Positions 30,206 to 46,210 of a DNA stretch of 64,000 nucleotides are shown one piece after another; the stretch's first letter is position 1; each line of letters opens with the position of its first letter. The position numbers were made by a program, and so were the translations under genes. Below the pieces are notes generated by a model. The model made no database searches and had not been told where the DNA came from. It worked only from the letters and a program-made list of their open reading frames with translations. The DNA lies in assembly GCF_016432865.1 (NCBI RefSeq), contig NC_067403.1, positions 256,556,001-256,620,000 on the forward strand, read 5' to 3'. Source of the DNA: Antechinus flavipes (taxonomy: Eukaryota).

Positions 30206-33200
30206 TCACCGGACCAGGTGAAAGGTCAGCCAGTAGATGATCATTGGCTGGAAGGCAGCCTCGGCCAGGGTCAGGTACAGCTGGAGGCGCTGCCGGGTGG
30301 CCGGTCCCCCCACCCCGTCGGTGCCCACCGAGGTCATCCGCAGCGAGCGTACCTGTGGGGGACAGACCTTCAGGGGGGGAGGGACAGAGGCCCAGGCCCA
30401 GTGACACTCCTCCTCACCGCGGGGGTCCGGGGACTCACAATGAAATACATGAGGGCAACCGAGGTCCAAGCCAGGGCCACGTAGTAGCCGTCGCTGCCGA
30501 AGAGCAGTCCCGTGAGCACGCTGAGGATCATTCTGGGAGGACAGGAGAACTGTCAGGCCCCGGGGGCGGGAACCACGGGCAACGGGGGGCAGCCGCCTGC
30601 CCCTCCCCGGGCCCTGGGGAGCCGAACAGAGGATCTGGGACCCCCGGCGCCGTGTTCCATCAGGTCTCGGTTCTAAGGCCGCTCTGAGGTTCTCTGCCCT
30701 CAGGTTCCTCCCAGTTCCAATATTCCAGGTCCCAGCCCAGATGTGGTCAGGCTCTAAGGTCCGTGGTCCATGACCCAACGTGGGGCTGCCTCGAGCCTCT
30801 GCCTGCCTTCCCACCTTCAGCACTCAGTGACCCGCTCGCTGTCCTCCCACCTCCCCCAGGGGCAGCCCCGCGCCTTTCTTGGGTCAGCTCCCACCCTGGC
30901 ACTCCCTCCTCTCGCTGGGCACTGGCCTGGTTCCCCTCCCCTTCTCTCCATCCATGTCCGGGGGTTCCGCAGAGGAGAACCAGATTCCCCCCGAGTCCGG
31001 CCCGAGGATCTCTCCTGAGCCCCCACTCTCCCTGCCAAGGGCTGGGCACATCCCACTCCCCCAAGGCAGCCTCCCTCGAGGCTCCCCTGCCTCCAGCCTC
31101 TCCTTTCTCCTCCCCAACATCTGATCCTTCCTTCTGATCTTAGGGGCAGCGGCCCCAGGACCTCCTTCCTCAAGGCCCGTTCTCCCCGCTCAGCCGCCCC
31201 CACTCGGCCCCTCCTCCGACTGCCCCCCCCCCCCCATTTCTGCATTCTCAGGTCCAGTCCCAGTGTTCTCTGTTCTTCCCAGAGTCAGGCCTGCACTTCG
31301 GCCCGGAGCTAGAGCGCCCTCCCTCCCCTCCTCTGCCTCAGACAATCCCCCCCAGCCCCTCCCCCCAGCTGCCTGGACCCTTCTTCCACCTGCTGGGATT
31401 TCTTCCCTACTTACATCCTCCTCCCCGGGCCCCGCGCCGGAGGTTTCCCCGGCAGGGGGAGCGGGGCCCTGGGGAGCTCTGTCCGCCCTCAGAAGCCGCC
31501 GTGCGACACTCGCTAAAGCCGCCGAGGACGCCACGCTCAGTGTGCCCTGCCCCCCTCCCTGCCCCCTCTTGTCCGGAGGGGCACTCAAGGACTGAGAGGG
31601 TGGGACCTGTCCAGGGTCACCGGCTAGTGCAGGGCCAGGATCGGGATCTGGGGTTCTGGGCCAGCTCCACTGCCTTCCCCCAGCCTCGCCCTGTTCCTTA
31701 ATCTTCCCCCGCCCTGCTGCCCTCCAGCCCCAAGACTTCAACAGCCATGTCCGCATCTGGGGGCCCCCCACCCCTGCCCGGCCGCCCCTCCCCGACTCCC
31801 AGGCCCGGAACTCACCCCACGTATTTGTAGCCGCTGTAGGCGAGCAGGTGGAAGGTGCTGAGGTCACTGCGGACCGTGGCCAGGTAGAGGCCGAGGAGCA
31901 GGGCCAGCACCTCGATGACGACCCACACCAGGGCCGTGCTGGCGCACAGGCCGAGCACCTCGGGCGAGAACCTGGGGCGGAGCGGGAGGACGGTTGGGGG
32001 GTCCTGCTCCTCCTCCTCGGATCTCCCCGGGCTCAGGGACCTCTGACGGAGGCACAAAGAGGTGCCCTGTTCTCCCCAAGGGGAGTCTGTCTTTGTCCCA
32101 GGGCCAGTTATCTTGGGGGCAGGGGAAGCCCAATGACCCTTCTGGCCAATTCTCTTCCCCTCCCCTCAAAAATACTCTGTCGGGCGGGAACCCTAGATTC
32201 TTGCCTTCATTCTACAAATGAAGAGGCTGAGATTGGCAGTGGGGAGCACCAGGGTAGGGGGCAGGGGGCAAAGAGCAGAGGGCAGAGGGAAAGGCTGGGG
32301 GTCCTGACTGAAAACTGCTGAGCCCCAGCCCTGCCCCTCCCGCTCTGGGCAGGCGACACGCGAACCCAATTTAAACACACAAGACCCAGGAAGACGGGGG
32401 CTCCCCAAGGAGGGGGGGCTCAACCTTTTTTGAATTCCCAGCGCCATCCCGGCCAGGAGGATGTATGTGATAAACGCCATGGCTGCCAAAGAGACAGAAA
32501 AGCTCAGTACGGTGAGCCCAGATCTGAGCACCAAGCCCCGAACCCTGAGCCCCAAGCTCCAGGCCCAGCCCCCTCCCCCCTGCCCCGCCGGATACTCACT
32601 GGGGATGTAGAGGTCGGGGGCATTGAGGTCCTGCCGTGGGGGCAGGGGCACATCCCGGCTGTACTGAACCTCCCAGTTCTTAGGAACAGGGAAACACAGA
32701 AACAAGGTCAAGGCCCCAGAAATGGCAGAACTAACCCCCCCAGGAGGCTGAGAGGCCGGGGCGGAGGCCGAGGACCTCACCTGGTGCGTGTAGGGGAAGA
32801 CGAGCAGACCCAGCTTCCTGGCCACGTAGGACGTGTCCACCGCAAAGAAGTGCTTGAGCTTGTTCATGGACACAAACCTGTGGAGCTGAAGAGGCGGGAT
32901 TGAGGCGCAGGGAGTCGGGAGGGGCCGAGGACACGGCGGACCCAGGGCGGGAGGAGACCTCGGAGACCCTTATTTACGAAGGAGGAATTGGCGGCTCTGG
33001 CCCTTTCCCCTTCCCTCGGGCCGGCCCCCTCCGCGCTGCAGCCTCGCTCACCTCCTTGTGCACCATGTCCTTGCCCTGGGAGGCGATGGAGCTGCCGTAG
33101 GCCATGGCCACGTTGGCCACGGGATCCCCGAGCAGGTGATTGACGTTGAAGGCCACGTCCGAGGCCTGCGGGGGGTAAGCGCCGGCCTGAGCTGGGTACC

Positions 33201-34353
33201 CGCCACTCGTGTCGTCAAAGAGCGGAGGCGGCTCCGGGGCTGCCCTGACCCGGTGCTTGGACCCTGAAGGGACGGAAGGCGGCATGAAAGGGGAGCATCC
33301 GCCGTCTCCCGAAGCGGGAAGTCCACGTGTCCACGTGGTCAGCAGCCACGGGCCCGCTGGGGGGCGGCATGACCCCGTGCCCAGCCTCCCGGGGAGGGAA
33401 CGCCCCCTCCCAGGCCCCGCCCCCTCCCAGGCCCCCAGGGCTGCGGAGAGAAGGGGGAGCCAGGACAGAATGAAGGAGGGGCCCGGAGGCAGCTGCCCCC
33501 ACGAGCAGGACTCCATTTCCGGGGCGCCCGCTCCCCAGTCCCGGGAACCTAGGAAGGGATGGGAGTCCCTCCTTCTGAGGGAGCACTGCCAGGGCCCCAG
33601 TTCCCTGACACCGTCCTCAGGCTTTGCCAGCTACAGCTACTCCAGAATCCCCTTAAAGGGAGGGTTTACTTGGCCCCTACTGTGTGCACAGGGGCCTTCT
33701 CGGTTTTCTCTCTGACCCCCCCTCACAAGGCAGCGCTCCAGCCGCCCCAAGGTCCCAGGAGCTGGGAGAGAGCCTGCGCTCCGGCCCGCGGCTGTTCCGC
33801 TCTGGGCACAGGCCCCGCATCCTGCCCTCGCTCCTGGGGTGGGGGCGGGGGGTTACAGACAAACCCTCCCTGGGAACCCACGGGGAATTAGCCCGAGGAA
33901 GAAACGGCTTCTTTACAAGGACCAGTTCTAGTGGGCGCTGGGGGGTGATGGTGCACGTGGGGGGCCACTGTGGGAAAGCAGGATTTGGGGCCTTCAGAAG
34001 AGATCGCTCAGGGAGAGGCCTCGGGGCAAGGCACTCAGTGTCCCGCAGCTCCAGGAAGCTTACGCCCCCCTCCCCCAGGAAGGGCCTCCACTCCCCCGGA
34101 CTGCAGGGGCTGGGCTACTTTCTTGTCGGGTAGTGAGCTCCCCGTGCCGGTGGCTGACCGAGCCTAGGTCGGCTGTTTTCTCCGGATCGGAGTCGGGGGG
34201 CGGATAGCCCGCAGCCAAGGGGAGAACCCTCGCGGTGACGTCACAGCCCCGCCCCCGCCCCGGGCCCTCTCCCTTCATCTGGGTTGATTCCCTGGTCCCT
34301 GCCCGTGTCACCCCACGCTCACCTTGGGCCCCGTACCCCGAGTGATAGGCCAT
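30206..34353 (-). CDS. YIF1A: Protein YIF1A (Yip1-interacting factor, ER-Golgi transport), 293 aa
   Basis: Exons in transcript order: 34353-34323, 33263-33052, 32885-32781, 32678-32600, 32482-32425, 31971-31816, 30532-30439, 30352-30206 (882 nt). [15 protein letters not shown]...[11 protein letters not shown]...[17 protein letters not shown]...YWLTFHLVR. Confidence 0.97.
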
Positions 34354-34830
34354 GAGTAAGGCGCCTCCTCCGCGGGGCCTGACGGGTATAAACACTAATG
34401 GAGCCGCGGCTCCGGTCTTTGGGCGCGAACTGCCGCTACCGGGCCGCCCGACACGTCTATCCGCGGGTCAGCCGCAGCCGCCATGGCCACGACGTCACTC
34501 TCTCCGACTCTCATTGGCCACAGTCCCACGTGATATAAGCACCGCCTCCTGTCTTCATTGGCTATCGGCTTCTTCTCCAGCCTCACATTCGATGCAACCC
34601 GACTTCCGGAAGCTGGGTGGGGCGGAGTCAACACCGCAGTTGTCTGATTGGGCGATAGAGCTATCCAAGGTGACAAGACGGTCCAATGAGCTTGTCGGGG
34701 CTGAGTTGGTTAGCGGTGTCTTGAGGCGCCTGCGCTGTGCTGCGGGTGAAGGTCTCCCTGCCACGACTGCACCGACAGGCGGGGCAGGCTGGGGGCGAGG
34801 ACGGGGTGGGGCGAGACACCTGGGAGCCGC
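34150..34830 (-). promoter_or_regulatory. YIF1A: YIF1A CpG-island promoter
   Basis: Four CCAAT boxes (34513, 34557, 34647, 34683), ETS dyad ACTTCCGGAAG (34602-34612), GC box, CRE TGACGTCA (34236-34243), GCCACGACGTCAC (34486-34498), CCACGTGA (34526-34533). Confidence 0.8.
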
Positions 34831-34849
34831 CACGGCCACGGCCTGATTT

Positions 34850-35390
34850 CCTCCTCTCCCCCTTTTCTATCTCTAACCCTCCCCCTCCCTTTTCCCTTTG
34901 CTTCTCCCCCTCCCCCTCGACCTTCACCTTTTCCTTCCTCTCCCCTCTCTTCTTCCTCCTCTCTCCCTGTCTCCTCCACTTCTTTCCCCTCCTCCCATCT
35001 CTCTCCCTCTCCCCCCTCCACTTCTCTTCCCTCCTTCCTCCTTCCCCTCCCCTTGACCTTCACTTTTTCCTCTCTCTCCCCTTCCCTTTTCCCCTCCCCC
35101 CTCCTTCCCCTTCTCTTCCTTTCTCCTTCCCCTCTCTCTCCTCCCCTCCATTTCCCTTTTCCTTTCCCTTCCTCTTCTTTCCCCCTGCCCCTTCCCTCCC
35201 ATTCTCCTTTTTCTCTTTAATCCCTTCTTTTCCTCCCCCCTTCTCTGTACCCGCTTCTGCCCCTGTATTTATCCTCTTCCCCCTCCTCTCTCCTGCTTCC
35301 TTTGTCCCCTGCTTTTTTCTCTCGGCCGTTTCGGCTCTCTCTCCTCCCTGCCATTCAGTGACTCACCCCCTCTCCCCTTTCCCCTCCTCC
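34850..35390. repeat. Polypyrimidine/polypurine low-complexity tract
   Basis: ~540 bp almost entirely C/T on the + strand. Confidence 0.9.
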
Positions 35391-36810
35391 TTTTGGCCTC
35401 GGCTTTGTGAGGTGGGGCGGGCATTGCTAGGGAGCTCTCCCTTACTGAGAATAGACTGAGGCCCAAAGAGGGGGCACCCGCCAGGTCCTGCTCCCCCCCT
35501 GCCCACTGCTGGGCGGGGACACCCCCCTCCCAGGACCCGGAGGCTCCCATGAAGCGGGAGCTCTCCCCAGCAGGGGGAGCCCGGGGGCCTGTCACAGCCG
35601 GGGCCTGAGCTGGGGGCGCGGGGGACTCGGGCCTCCCACAGGTAAAGGGAAGCCTTTGAGTGGGGCCTTGCCCCTGCGCAGCCTCGGCACCCCGCAGGGC
35701 TTCTGGCCCAGGGCCCGCCCGAGCAGCGCTGAGGGAATGAGGGCTGACTGGGTTTCACTCCGCAGCCGGGGGTCACCTCCTCCTGCAGCCCTGGGAGGGC
35801 TCGGGAGCTGTCCTAGTGCTGAAGCGAGCACTCTCGAACCATCTGCGCGAAGGCGCCTCAGAACTGGTCCTAACCCGGCAGCCTCTTGGCCACATTCCCA
35901 GTGGTCACCCGGCCTTGCGCACAGACTCCAAGGGCTGAGACTCCTCCCTGCCCCCTCAGCAGCCTCGCCTGCTCCGAACGACTGCGGGGGGAGGGCTTCC
36001 ATATATTAAACCGAAATTAGCTCTTTGCAACTTCCCCCATCGGAGGCCGCGGTGTGACCTCTGGAGCCGGGTTTCATCGGCCGCCTTTCGGACCCGCTGC
36101 GGACCCTGCCCCAGACGCCCTCCGCGGGGTTTAGTTAGTGTGTCTCCCGGCCCCCTCCCAGGCTGAGCTTCCTGAAGGCGGCTCTGTCTGTTCCCAGCCC
36201 CTTAAACGTAAGTGGGATAAAGAAAAAGGATAAAGGAAAACCGCTTGTGAGCCCAGGCCGGACACTTACTAAGTGACTGTTGTCAGCCGGGCAGCCCTGA
36301 CCTTGTTGTCCCCCCCTGGGGCCCGCAGAGTGCGAGTCTCTAGGACAAATGGGGGGGGGCAGGTGCTGCAGTGAGTTCCCCGGGATTGAATTTTTCTGAG
36401 AGTTTCACCCCCCCAACCCCCCCTCCCCCAGCCAAGACCTCTGAGAGAGGAGTGCCGGGGACAAGGGGGGGAGGGGAAGGGGGGCGCAGGGAGCGTGGCG
36501 CGGGCCTGCGAGGAAGCGCTTCCCTGCGTGCCGCCCCTCTCCCACACGCACGTACTGGGGAGACGCGAGAGAGGCGGGCTCTGGGAGCCTCGGGGAGGGC
36601 GGGCAGGGCGGGGAGGGGCGGAGGGTGGGCCTCGGTGCCAGGCGCTCCCGGCGGCGGCCACCGGTGCAGCGGGGGCGGGGTCAGCGGGCGGGCGGGGCCG
36701 GGCTCTGGCTCAGCACTCCCTCCGCGGCCGCCGAGCCGAGCGGATGCCCCCCGCCCGGGGCCCATCTCCCTTATCATGACCGGGCCCCTGGAGGTGACGG
36801 CACGGACACG

Positions 36811-40133
<3,323 letters not shown>

Positions 40134-41347
40134 GCCCCCCCAGCAGAAGTCGGGTGTCGTGGCGCCAGGGCCCGGCGGGGGATGCACACACCCGGGGCCC
40201 CGATGAGTGATCGGTTCTTGTAGAAACCCCAATGGCAAACGCTCTCGGTGAGGGGGGGTGGGTGCAGGCCACGTGGAAGCCACGCTCAGGCGCCAGTGCG
40301 GGGGGGGGACTTGGAGCTGGCAGGAGGCGGAAGGGAGACGGAGCTTCCCTCAGCCCCCGCTTCAGCCCCGGCTCCTGCGGATGTCGTTTCCCCGAGAGCT
40401 AAGGGCCCGTCTGGGGCCCGAGTCCTGGGGAGCAGGACTAGAGCAGGTACTGAGGCCAGCTTGGGGCGGGCTGGGGGTTGCTAGGGAGATGTTTACTCGG
40501 GGCCAAGGGCCCTTTTCCCCAGGGAAAATCTCCCCTCCGGGGCTGGGGCTCGAAGGCGCTCCGGAGCAGTTCAGACCAAGGGGAAGGGCAGTCCCCTGCT
40601 CCAGGAGCTCTATTCACCCCCAGCTCCTTGGTCCTTTGGGGTGGACCCCCTCCTCCCTCATGGAGAAGCACAAAGGGGAGCAGCTCCCTCCCTCCCCGGG
40701 GCTCAGTAAGGGTGCCGAGACCAGGACCGGGGCCTGAGGCCTTCTCCCGACCCCACACCCCGGGGCCACACACACTCGGCCACTCCCGAGACCTCCGAGC
40801 TGGCTGACCGGCCCCGGCTGGGAGAATGTGGAAGGGGGCGGTGGCAGGAGGTGGGCCCCACTCCCACCAGTTCATTCTGTACTCCCGTGTCCCGTCCAAA
40901 CACTCGCTCTTCCCCCGGGGGGCCCCTTCTCAGACACCCCGGCCCCCTCATTATGAGCACCTCCAAGGTGGGCTTTGCTTGTCGCCTCCCTCCTCCCTTC
41001 TCATCCCCTCCCATGAGACACCCTCCTTCCTCTCCTCTCCTCCTCCCTCAGGAGGCTTCCTCTCTTTGCTGTCCTCCCCCGCAAGGGAGCCAGCTAGGGG
41101 TGGGGGGAACTGGGGCAGCATGTGGGCCCCCCGAGGCTCTGAAAGCCCCCTCTCTTCCTTAATGTCGCGACCCCACCCCCAGGGGCGGCTTCGTCCAGGC
41201 GCCCCCTGACCTCTCCTTCTGTGATTCCCGTCCCCGGCCAAGGGCTGCTCGAAGGCCCCTTGCTCCCGGCAGGACCCTCCGGGCTCTGGCGCCCCTCTGG
41301 GGAGACGCGGGCTTCGGCCGGCAGGAGGCCCCAGGAGACCAGGAAGA

Positions 41348-41353
41348 AATAAA
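41348..41353 (+). terminator. TMEM151A: TMEM151A polyadenylation signal AATAAA
   Basis: First canonical hexamer I found after the stop codon, ~1.2 kb downstream. Confidence 0.7.
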
Positions 41354-42720
41354 AGGTATGAAACAGCTGAGCCGCCCCTCCTGCTTTCTGAGGGTGGGGC
41401 TTGATGAGAGAAGGCCCCGGGGGGGCTCGCAGAGAGCTGAGGAGGGGGAAACTGAGGCCCGAGCTGGGGGCACGACACAGGCCCTGGCGTGCCCGGGAGG
41501 GGGCTCTGGCGGGGAGGATAGCGCCCTTCTGACTCGGGAGCTCGATCTCTGTGGGGGGCTTCGGGGGCCTCTCCAAGGACCAGAAGGCAAGGGAAGAGCC
41601 GTGGTGGCCCCTCAAGGAACAGAGACCGGGGGGGCTGTTTGTGTCACAGCAGAGCTCTCCCCCCCCACAGCATATCGAACTTTACACTTGGGGACATAGA
41701 ATGTCAGAGCTGGGGGGGCCCTAGAACAGGGAGTAGGTCAGAGTGGACAGCACCAAGGCAGCCCAGCTGAGCCGGGAGGACACAAGTTTGGGGGCCCCCG
41801 TGCGTGTGTGAGGAAGACCGAAGGCCGCGTCCCGGGCTCAGGGCTCGGGCAGGAGGAGACGCTGGGCCGGGGCCACAGGGACGGACCCCGAGCGGACGTT
41901 GGCGGGGGAGGCAAGGACTCTGCGGGCGGCCGAGGAGCCGCCACTTCCTGACCCGCGTCGCCAGCAGAGCCCGCAGAGGGGCCGCCGTCCCGCATCTTCA
42001 GGAGGACACACGGTTTCCCCGAGAAGGCCAGAGCGCAAGGATGGCTACGGGGAACAGCCTCCGGGGTCAGGGGGTGCAGCCCAGGGCTAGGCCGGGGGCT
42101 TGGCTCGTGAGGGAGAGGGCGGGCCGTCCCAGGCGGGGAGAAGTCGGGCCGTCCCGGGGCTCTCCCTGCTCCGGCTGGAGGGGACCTTAGGCCTCCAGAG
42201 GGGTCCGGCAGCCTCCCCATTTCATGCCCACTTAGGAACAGATGGGGAAAGTGACTCCATCCCGGCCCCTGTGTGCGTCCGGCCCGTCCAAAGGGCAGGC
42301 TGGGCCAGGGGAGGCGGAGGAGGCCCAGACCACCCACTCATTCGTGCCGGGAGCGGCTGGGACTCAGCGGACACTGAGAAGCTGCCCTGGGATGACCTTG
42401 AGCAACTTGTGGCTCTAGTTTCCCCATTAATGGGACGGATTCTTCCAGCTACAAAACTGGCGAGTGAGGGGCGGGAAGAGAGGCTGGAGCAAGGGCCGAA
42501 CCCCCGCCTCGGATCTGGGTGCGGATTCTGCCACGGGGGCCTGGGGCATTCTGGGCCAGTTGCTTCCTCTAGGACACAGAATGGGATCCCGCTGCCTTCC
42601 AGCTCTACAGGAGCTGGTAACCAAGAGGCTTCTCGGCCGTCCCCGGGGCCCTGGTACCTGCGTCAACAAACGTCCGTGGGGAAGCCCCGAGTCCCACAGG
42701 CTGCTAACTGCTGCGCGCGC

Positions 42721-43282
42721 ACACACACTCACAGAGACACACTCACACACTCACAGAGACAGACACTCACAGACACACTCACACACGCTCACAGAGACAC
42801 ACACACTCACAGAAACACACACACTCAGAGACACACTCACACTCACAGAGACACACTCACACACTCACAGAGACAGACACTCACAGACACTCACACACGC
42901 TCACAGAGACACACACACTCACAGAAACACACACACTCAGAGACACACTCACACTCACAGAGACACACTCAGAGACAGACACACTCACAGAAACACATAC
43001 AGAGACACACACACTCACAGACACACTCACACACTCACAGAGAGACAGACACACACACTCACAGAAACACATACAGAGACACACACACTCACAGAGAGAC
43101 ACACACACTCACAGAGACACACACACTCACAGAAACACACTCACACAGAGAGACAGATACTCACACACTCAAGAGAAACATACACTCACACACACTCACA
43201 GACACTCACACACTCAGACACACAGATGCACACACACACAGACACACTCACAGAGACACACACAGATACACACTCACACAGC
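42721..43282. repeat. Compound CA/GA tandem repeat (CACACACTCACAGAGA-type units)
   Basis: Direct inspection; the source of the THTHRD and CVSVSV ORFs. Confidence 0.95.
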
Positions 43283-44141
43283 TGAGTTAAAGTCCTGCCC
43301 ATTAAATGCCAATCACTGGCCACACTGTTCCCCCCATACTGGATCAACAAGCATTTATTGAGTACCTACTATGTGCTGACCCTTTGCTAGGGACGGGAAA
43401 TACAAGACCCAGGCAAACAGCAGGGCTGCCCCCGTCTGGCCGGATTCAGAGACCCTCCCGACTTGGTCTCTCGCTTGGCCTGGAACGGTCAACATTTATT
43501 AAGCACCTACTATGTGCCAGGCCCAGAGAAATCTCAAATACAAAGAAGCTGTGGACCAGAGGAATAGGAATTAAGGGAAGGAAGGCACCGGATTTAAGGG
43601 GATTGGGAGGCTACTGGTAGAGGGGGTCTTATCTGAGACTTCAAGGGATCGGGGAAAGGGGATGAGCGAGAGCTTCCCAGGCAGGGGCTGGCCAGAGAAA
43701 ATCAGGAGAGGGAGGGCCCCTTGGCTGGGAGGCCAGTGACCCTGGATGGAGGAGGCTGGGAAGGGAGGACTTTTAGGAGCCATTGGCCTTTATTAAGTAG
43801 GGGTGAGAGCTGGCCTTTAGTGGCTGGCTGGAGGCCGGAGGGGGAGTGAGGCAGGCAGACCTGCCCCCAGTAGCCATTGCACCTGCCCAGGCTTGGGAGG
43901 GGGGGGTCCCGATGGTGGGGGGGAGGGGGGAGGGGAGTGTCTGAGATGCGGCGGAGCTGAAATCGACAAGCCTTGGCGACAGCTCGGATTAACCTTCGGG
44001 GGCCCTTTTACGGGGAATGAAGGGACTGGGTCAGGGCGACTGCTGCAGGCCTCCCACGGCGAGGAGCTGGGAAAAGCCACCCGGCAGCGGGTGGGCTGAG
44101 ACGGCGGAGGAGGGCCGGACACCTGGGCTTCGGCCGCAAGA

Positions 44142-44154
44142 CCACTAGGTGGCG
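44142..44154 (+). promoter_or_regulatory. CTCF motif CCACTAGGTGGCG
   Basis: Close match to the CTCF core consensus, between TMEM151A and CD248. Confidence 0.65.
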
Positions 44155-44479
44155 ACAAAGGCTCGCTCTCGGAGGCTACGCGGAGCCCCGCCCTCCCGCC
44201 CCGCCCCCAGATCTCCGGCCTAGTTCCCCACCCCCGCCCCCAGTAGGCGCACAATAAATGTTTCCTGGATTGAATTGAATTTTCGTTTCCCCCAGTTTGG
44301 ACTTTGCGCCCCAGGAGTTCAGCGGGCTAGGGGAGGGGATCCCCAGGAACAAAGAAAAGTTCTCAGACTGGCCCCCCCCAGAGCAAAAGCTTCCCCGGAA
44401 TTGCACCCCGGGATATGGCCCGTGGGGAACGAGCTTCCCCACAACAGGAGGTCTCCAAAAAGGGGGGGGGGCTTGCGGG

Positions 44480-45240
44480 GATCCAGCTGACTGGACTAGG
44501 TGACCTCCGAGGCGGAGACCCCCGGCGCGGCCCGCAGAGCGCCCCAACGTCCGAGACTCGGGGAGGGGCGGGGCCTGCGGCTGGGGAGGCACGGCTCTCG
44601 GGGGTGGAGCCTGCGGGTTCCGATTGGAGAATATCAGGGCTTGGGGCGGGGCGAGCCCTGGTGGGCGGGACCGACAGGCTGAGGGCGGGGACTGCACGCC
44701 ACCACGCATCTGGTGCTCATTAGCGGGTGACAGGAGCTCTCGGCGCCCCCTCCCGCGGCCCCTCCCCTCCAGCCCGGAGAGGCCGAGTTAACTCCTTGGT
44801 GCCCTCGGAGCTTCCGGGGAAGGTCCCCGCTGCGCCCCGCGCACGCACACGCGGCCGGGGTCCGGCTCTCGGACCTGGCCAAAGACCTGGGCCCATCGCC
44901 GCCCCCGCAGGCCCTGCCCCCCGCCCCCGGCCCTGCAGCGTCCTCGTCCCTGTCCCGGCTCTGGGCCCGGGCTCTTCCTCCGTGTCTGTCCCGGTCTCTG
45001 CACCTGTCACTGCCTCCCTCCGGCCCCGGCCCCGCCCTTTCCCACCGCGAGGGCTGTCCTCTCCTCGGTCCGTCTCCGGGGCCGCCCCGCCCCCCTTCCG
45101 CCCTGTCCCGGCATCGCTGACCAGTCTCCTTCCATCCCGAGCCCCCCGCCCCGGGCGCCGGACGGTCAGCCCCGGGCTGGGCTTTCAGGTTCCCGGCCTC
45201 CGGAGCTCGCCCGGGACCAGTGAAGAGAGCAGGGCTCATC
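44480..45240. promoter_or_regulatory. Orphan CpG island with promoter-like motifs
   Basis: CpG-dense; ATTGG at 44623-44627 flanked by several GGGGCGGG boxes; no recognisable coding exon. Confidence 0.5.
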
Positions 45241-46210
45241 TTCCTCCTCCTCCTCCTCCTTCCCCTTTCTCCCTGACTCCTTCCCTCCATTTCTCTCTGT
45301 GTATCCTATCTCTCTCTCTCTTCACACATCCCTCCGCTGGTCTCTGTCTCTCTCTGTTTGTCTCTGAACTTCTCTGTCTCTTTCTTAGTCTGTCCCTCTT
45401 TCTCTCCCTCTATTTCTCTCTGTGTGTATATATTTCCTTTTTGTCTGTGTCCTGTCTCTCTTTCTTTATACCGCCCCCCCCCACTGGTCTCTCTCCTCTG
45501 TCTCTGTCTCTCTGTCCCTCTCTTTCTCTCCCCCTGTATTTCTCCCTCTCTGTGTGTTTCTATCTTTCTTCACACATCCCTTTGCTGATCTCTTGCTTTC
45601 TCTCTCTGTTTCTCAGTCTCTGTCTTTCATTCTTTCTCTTTACTCTGTTTCTCTCTGTGTATGTATTTCTCCCTCTGTGTGTGTGTGTCCTGCCTCTTTT
45701 TGTCTTTCTTCACACATCCCTGCACTGGTCTCTCTCTGTCNNNNNNNNNNNNNNNNNNNNNNNNNNNNNNNNNNNNNNNNNNNNNNNNNNNNNNNNNNNN
45801 NNNNNNNNNNNNNNNNNNNNNNNNNNNNNNNNNNNNNNNNNNNNNNNNNNNNNNNNNNNNNNNNNNNNNNNNNNNNNNNNNNNNNNNNNNNNNNNNNNNN
45901 NNNNNNNNNNNNNNNNNNNNNNNNNNNNNNNNNNNNNNNNNNNNNNNNNNNNNNNNNNNNNNNNNNNNNNNNNNNNNNNNNNNNNNNNNNNNNNNNNNNN
46001 NNNNNNNNNNNCCCCCCCTGTCTCTCTCTCTGTCTCTGTTCTCTCTCTCACCCCCCCCTCTCTCTCTCTCCCCCTCTCTCTCTCTCACCCCCCCTCTCTC
46101 TCTCTCACCCCCCCCTCTCTCTCTCACCCCCCTCTCTCTCCCCCCTCTCTCACCCCCCCCTCTCTCTCACCCCCCCCTCTCTCTCCCCCCTTCCTTCCCC
46201 ACCCTCTTCC
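45240..46210. repeat. CT-rich low-complexity region containing an assembly gap (45741-46011, 271 N)
   Basis: Direct inspection. Confidence 0.9.

Noticed and set aside
42100-43290. 396-aa and 273-aa His/Thr-rich ORFs
   Set aside because: Translation of the CA/GA compound repeat.
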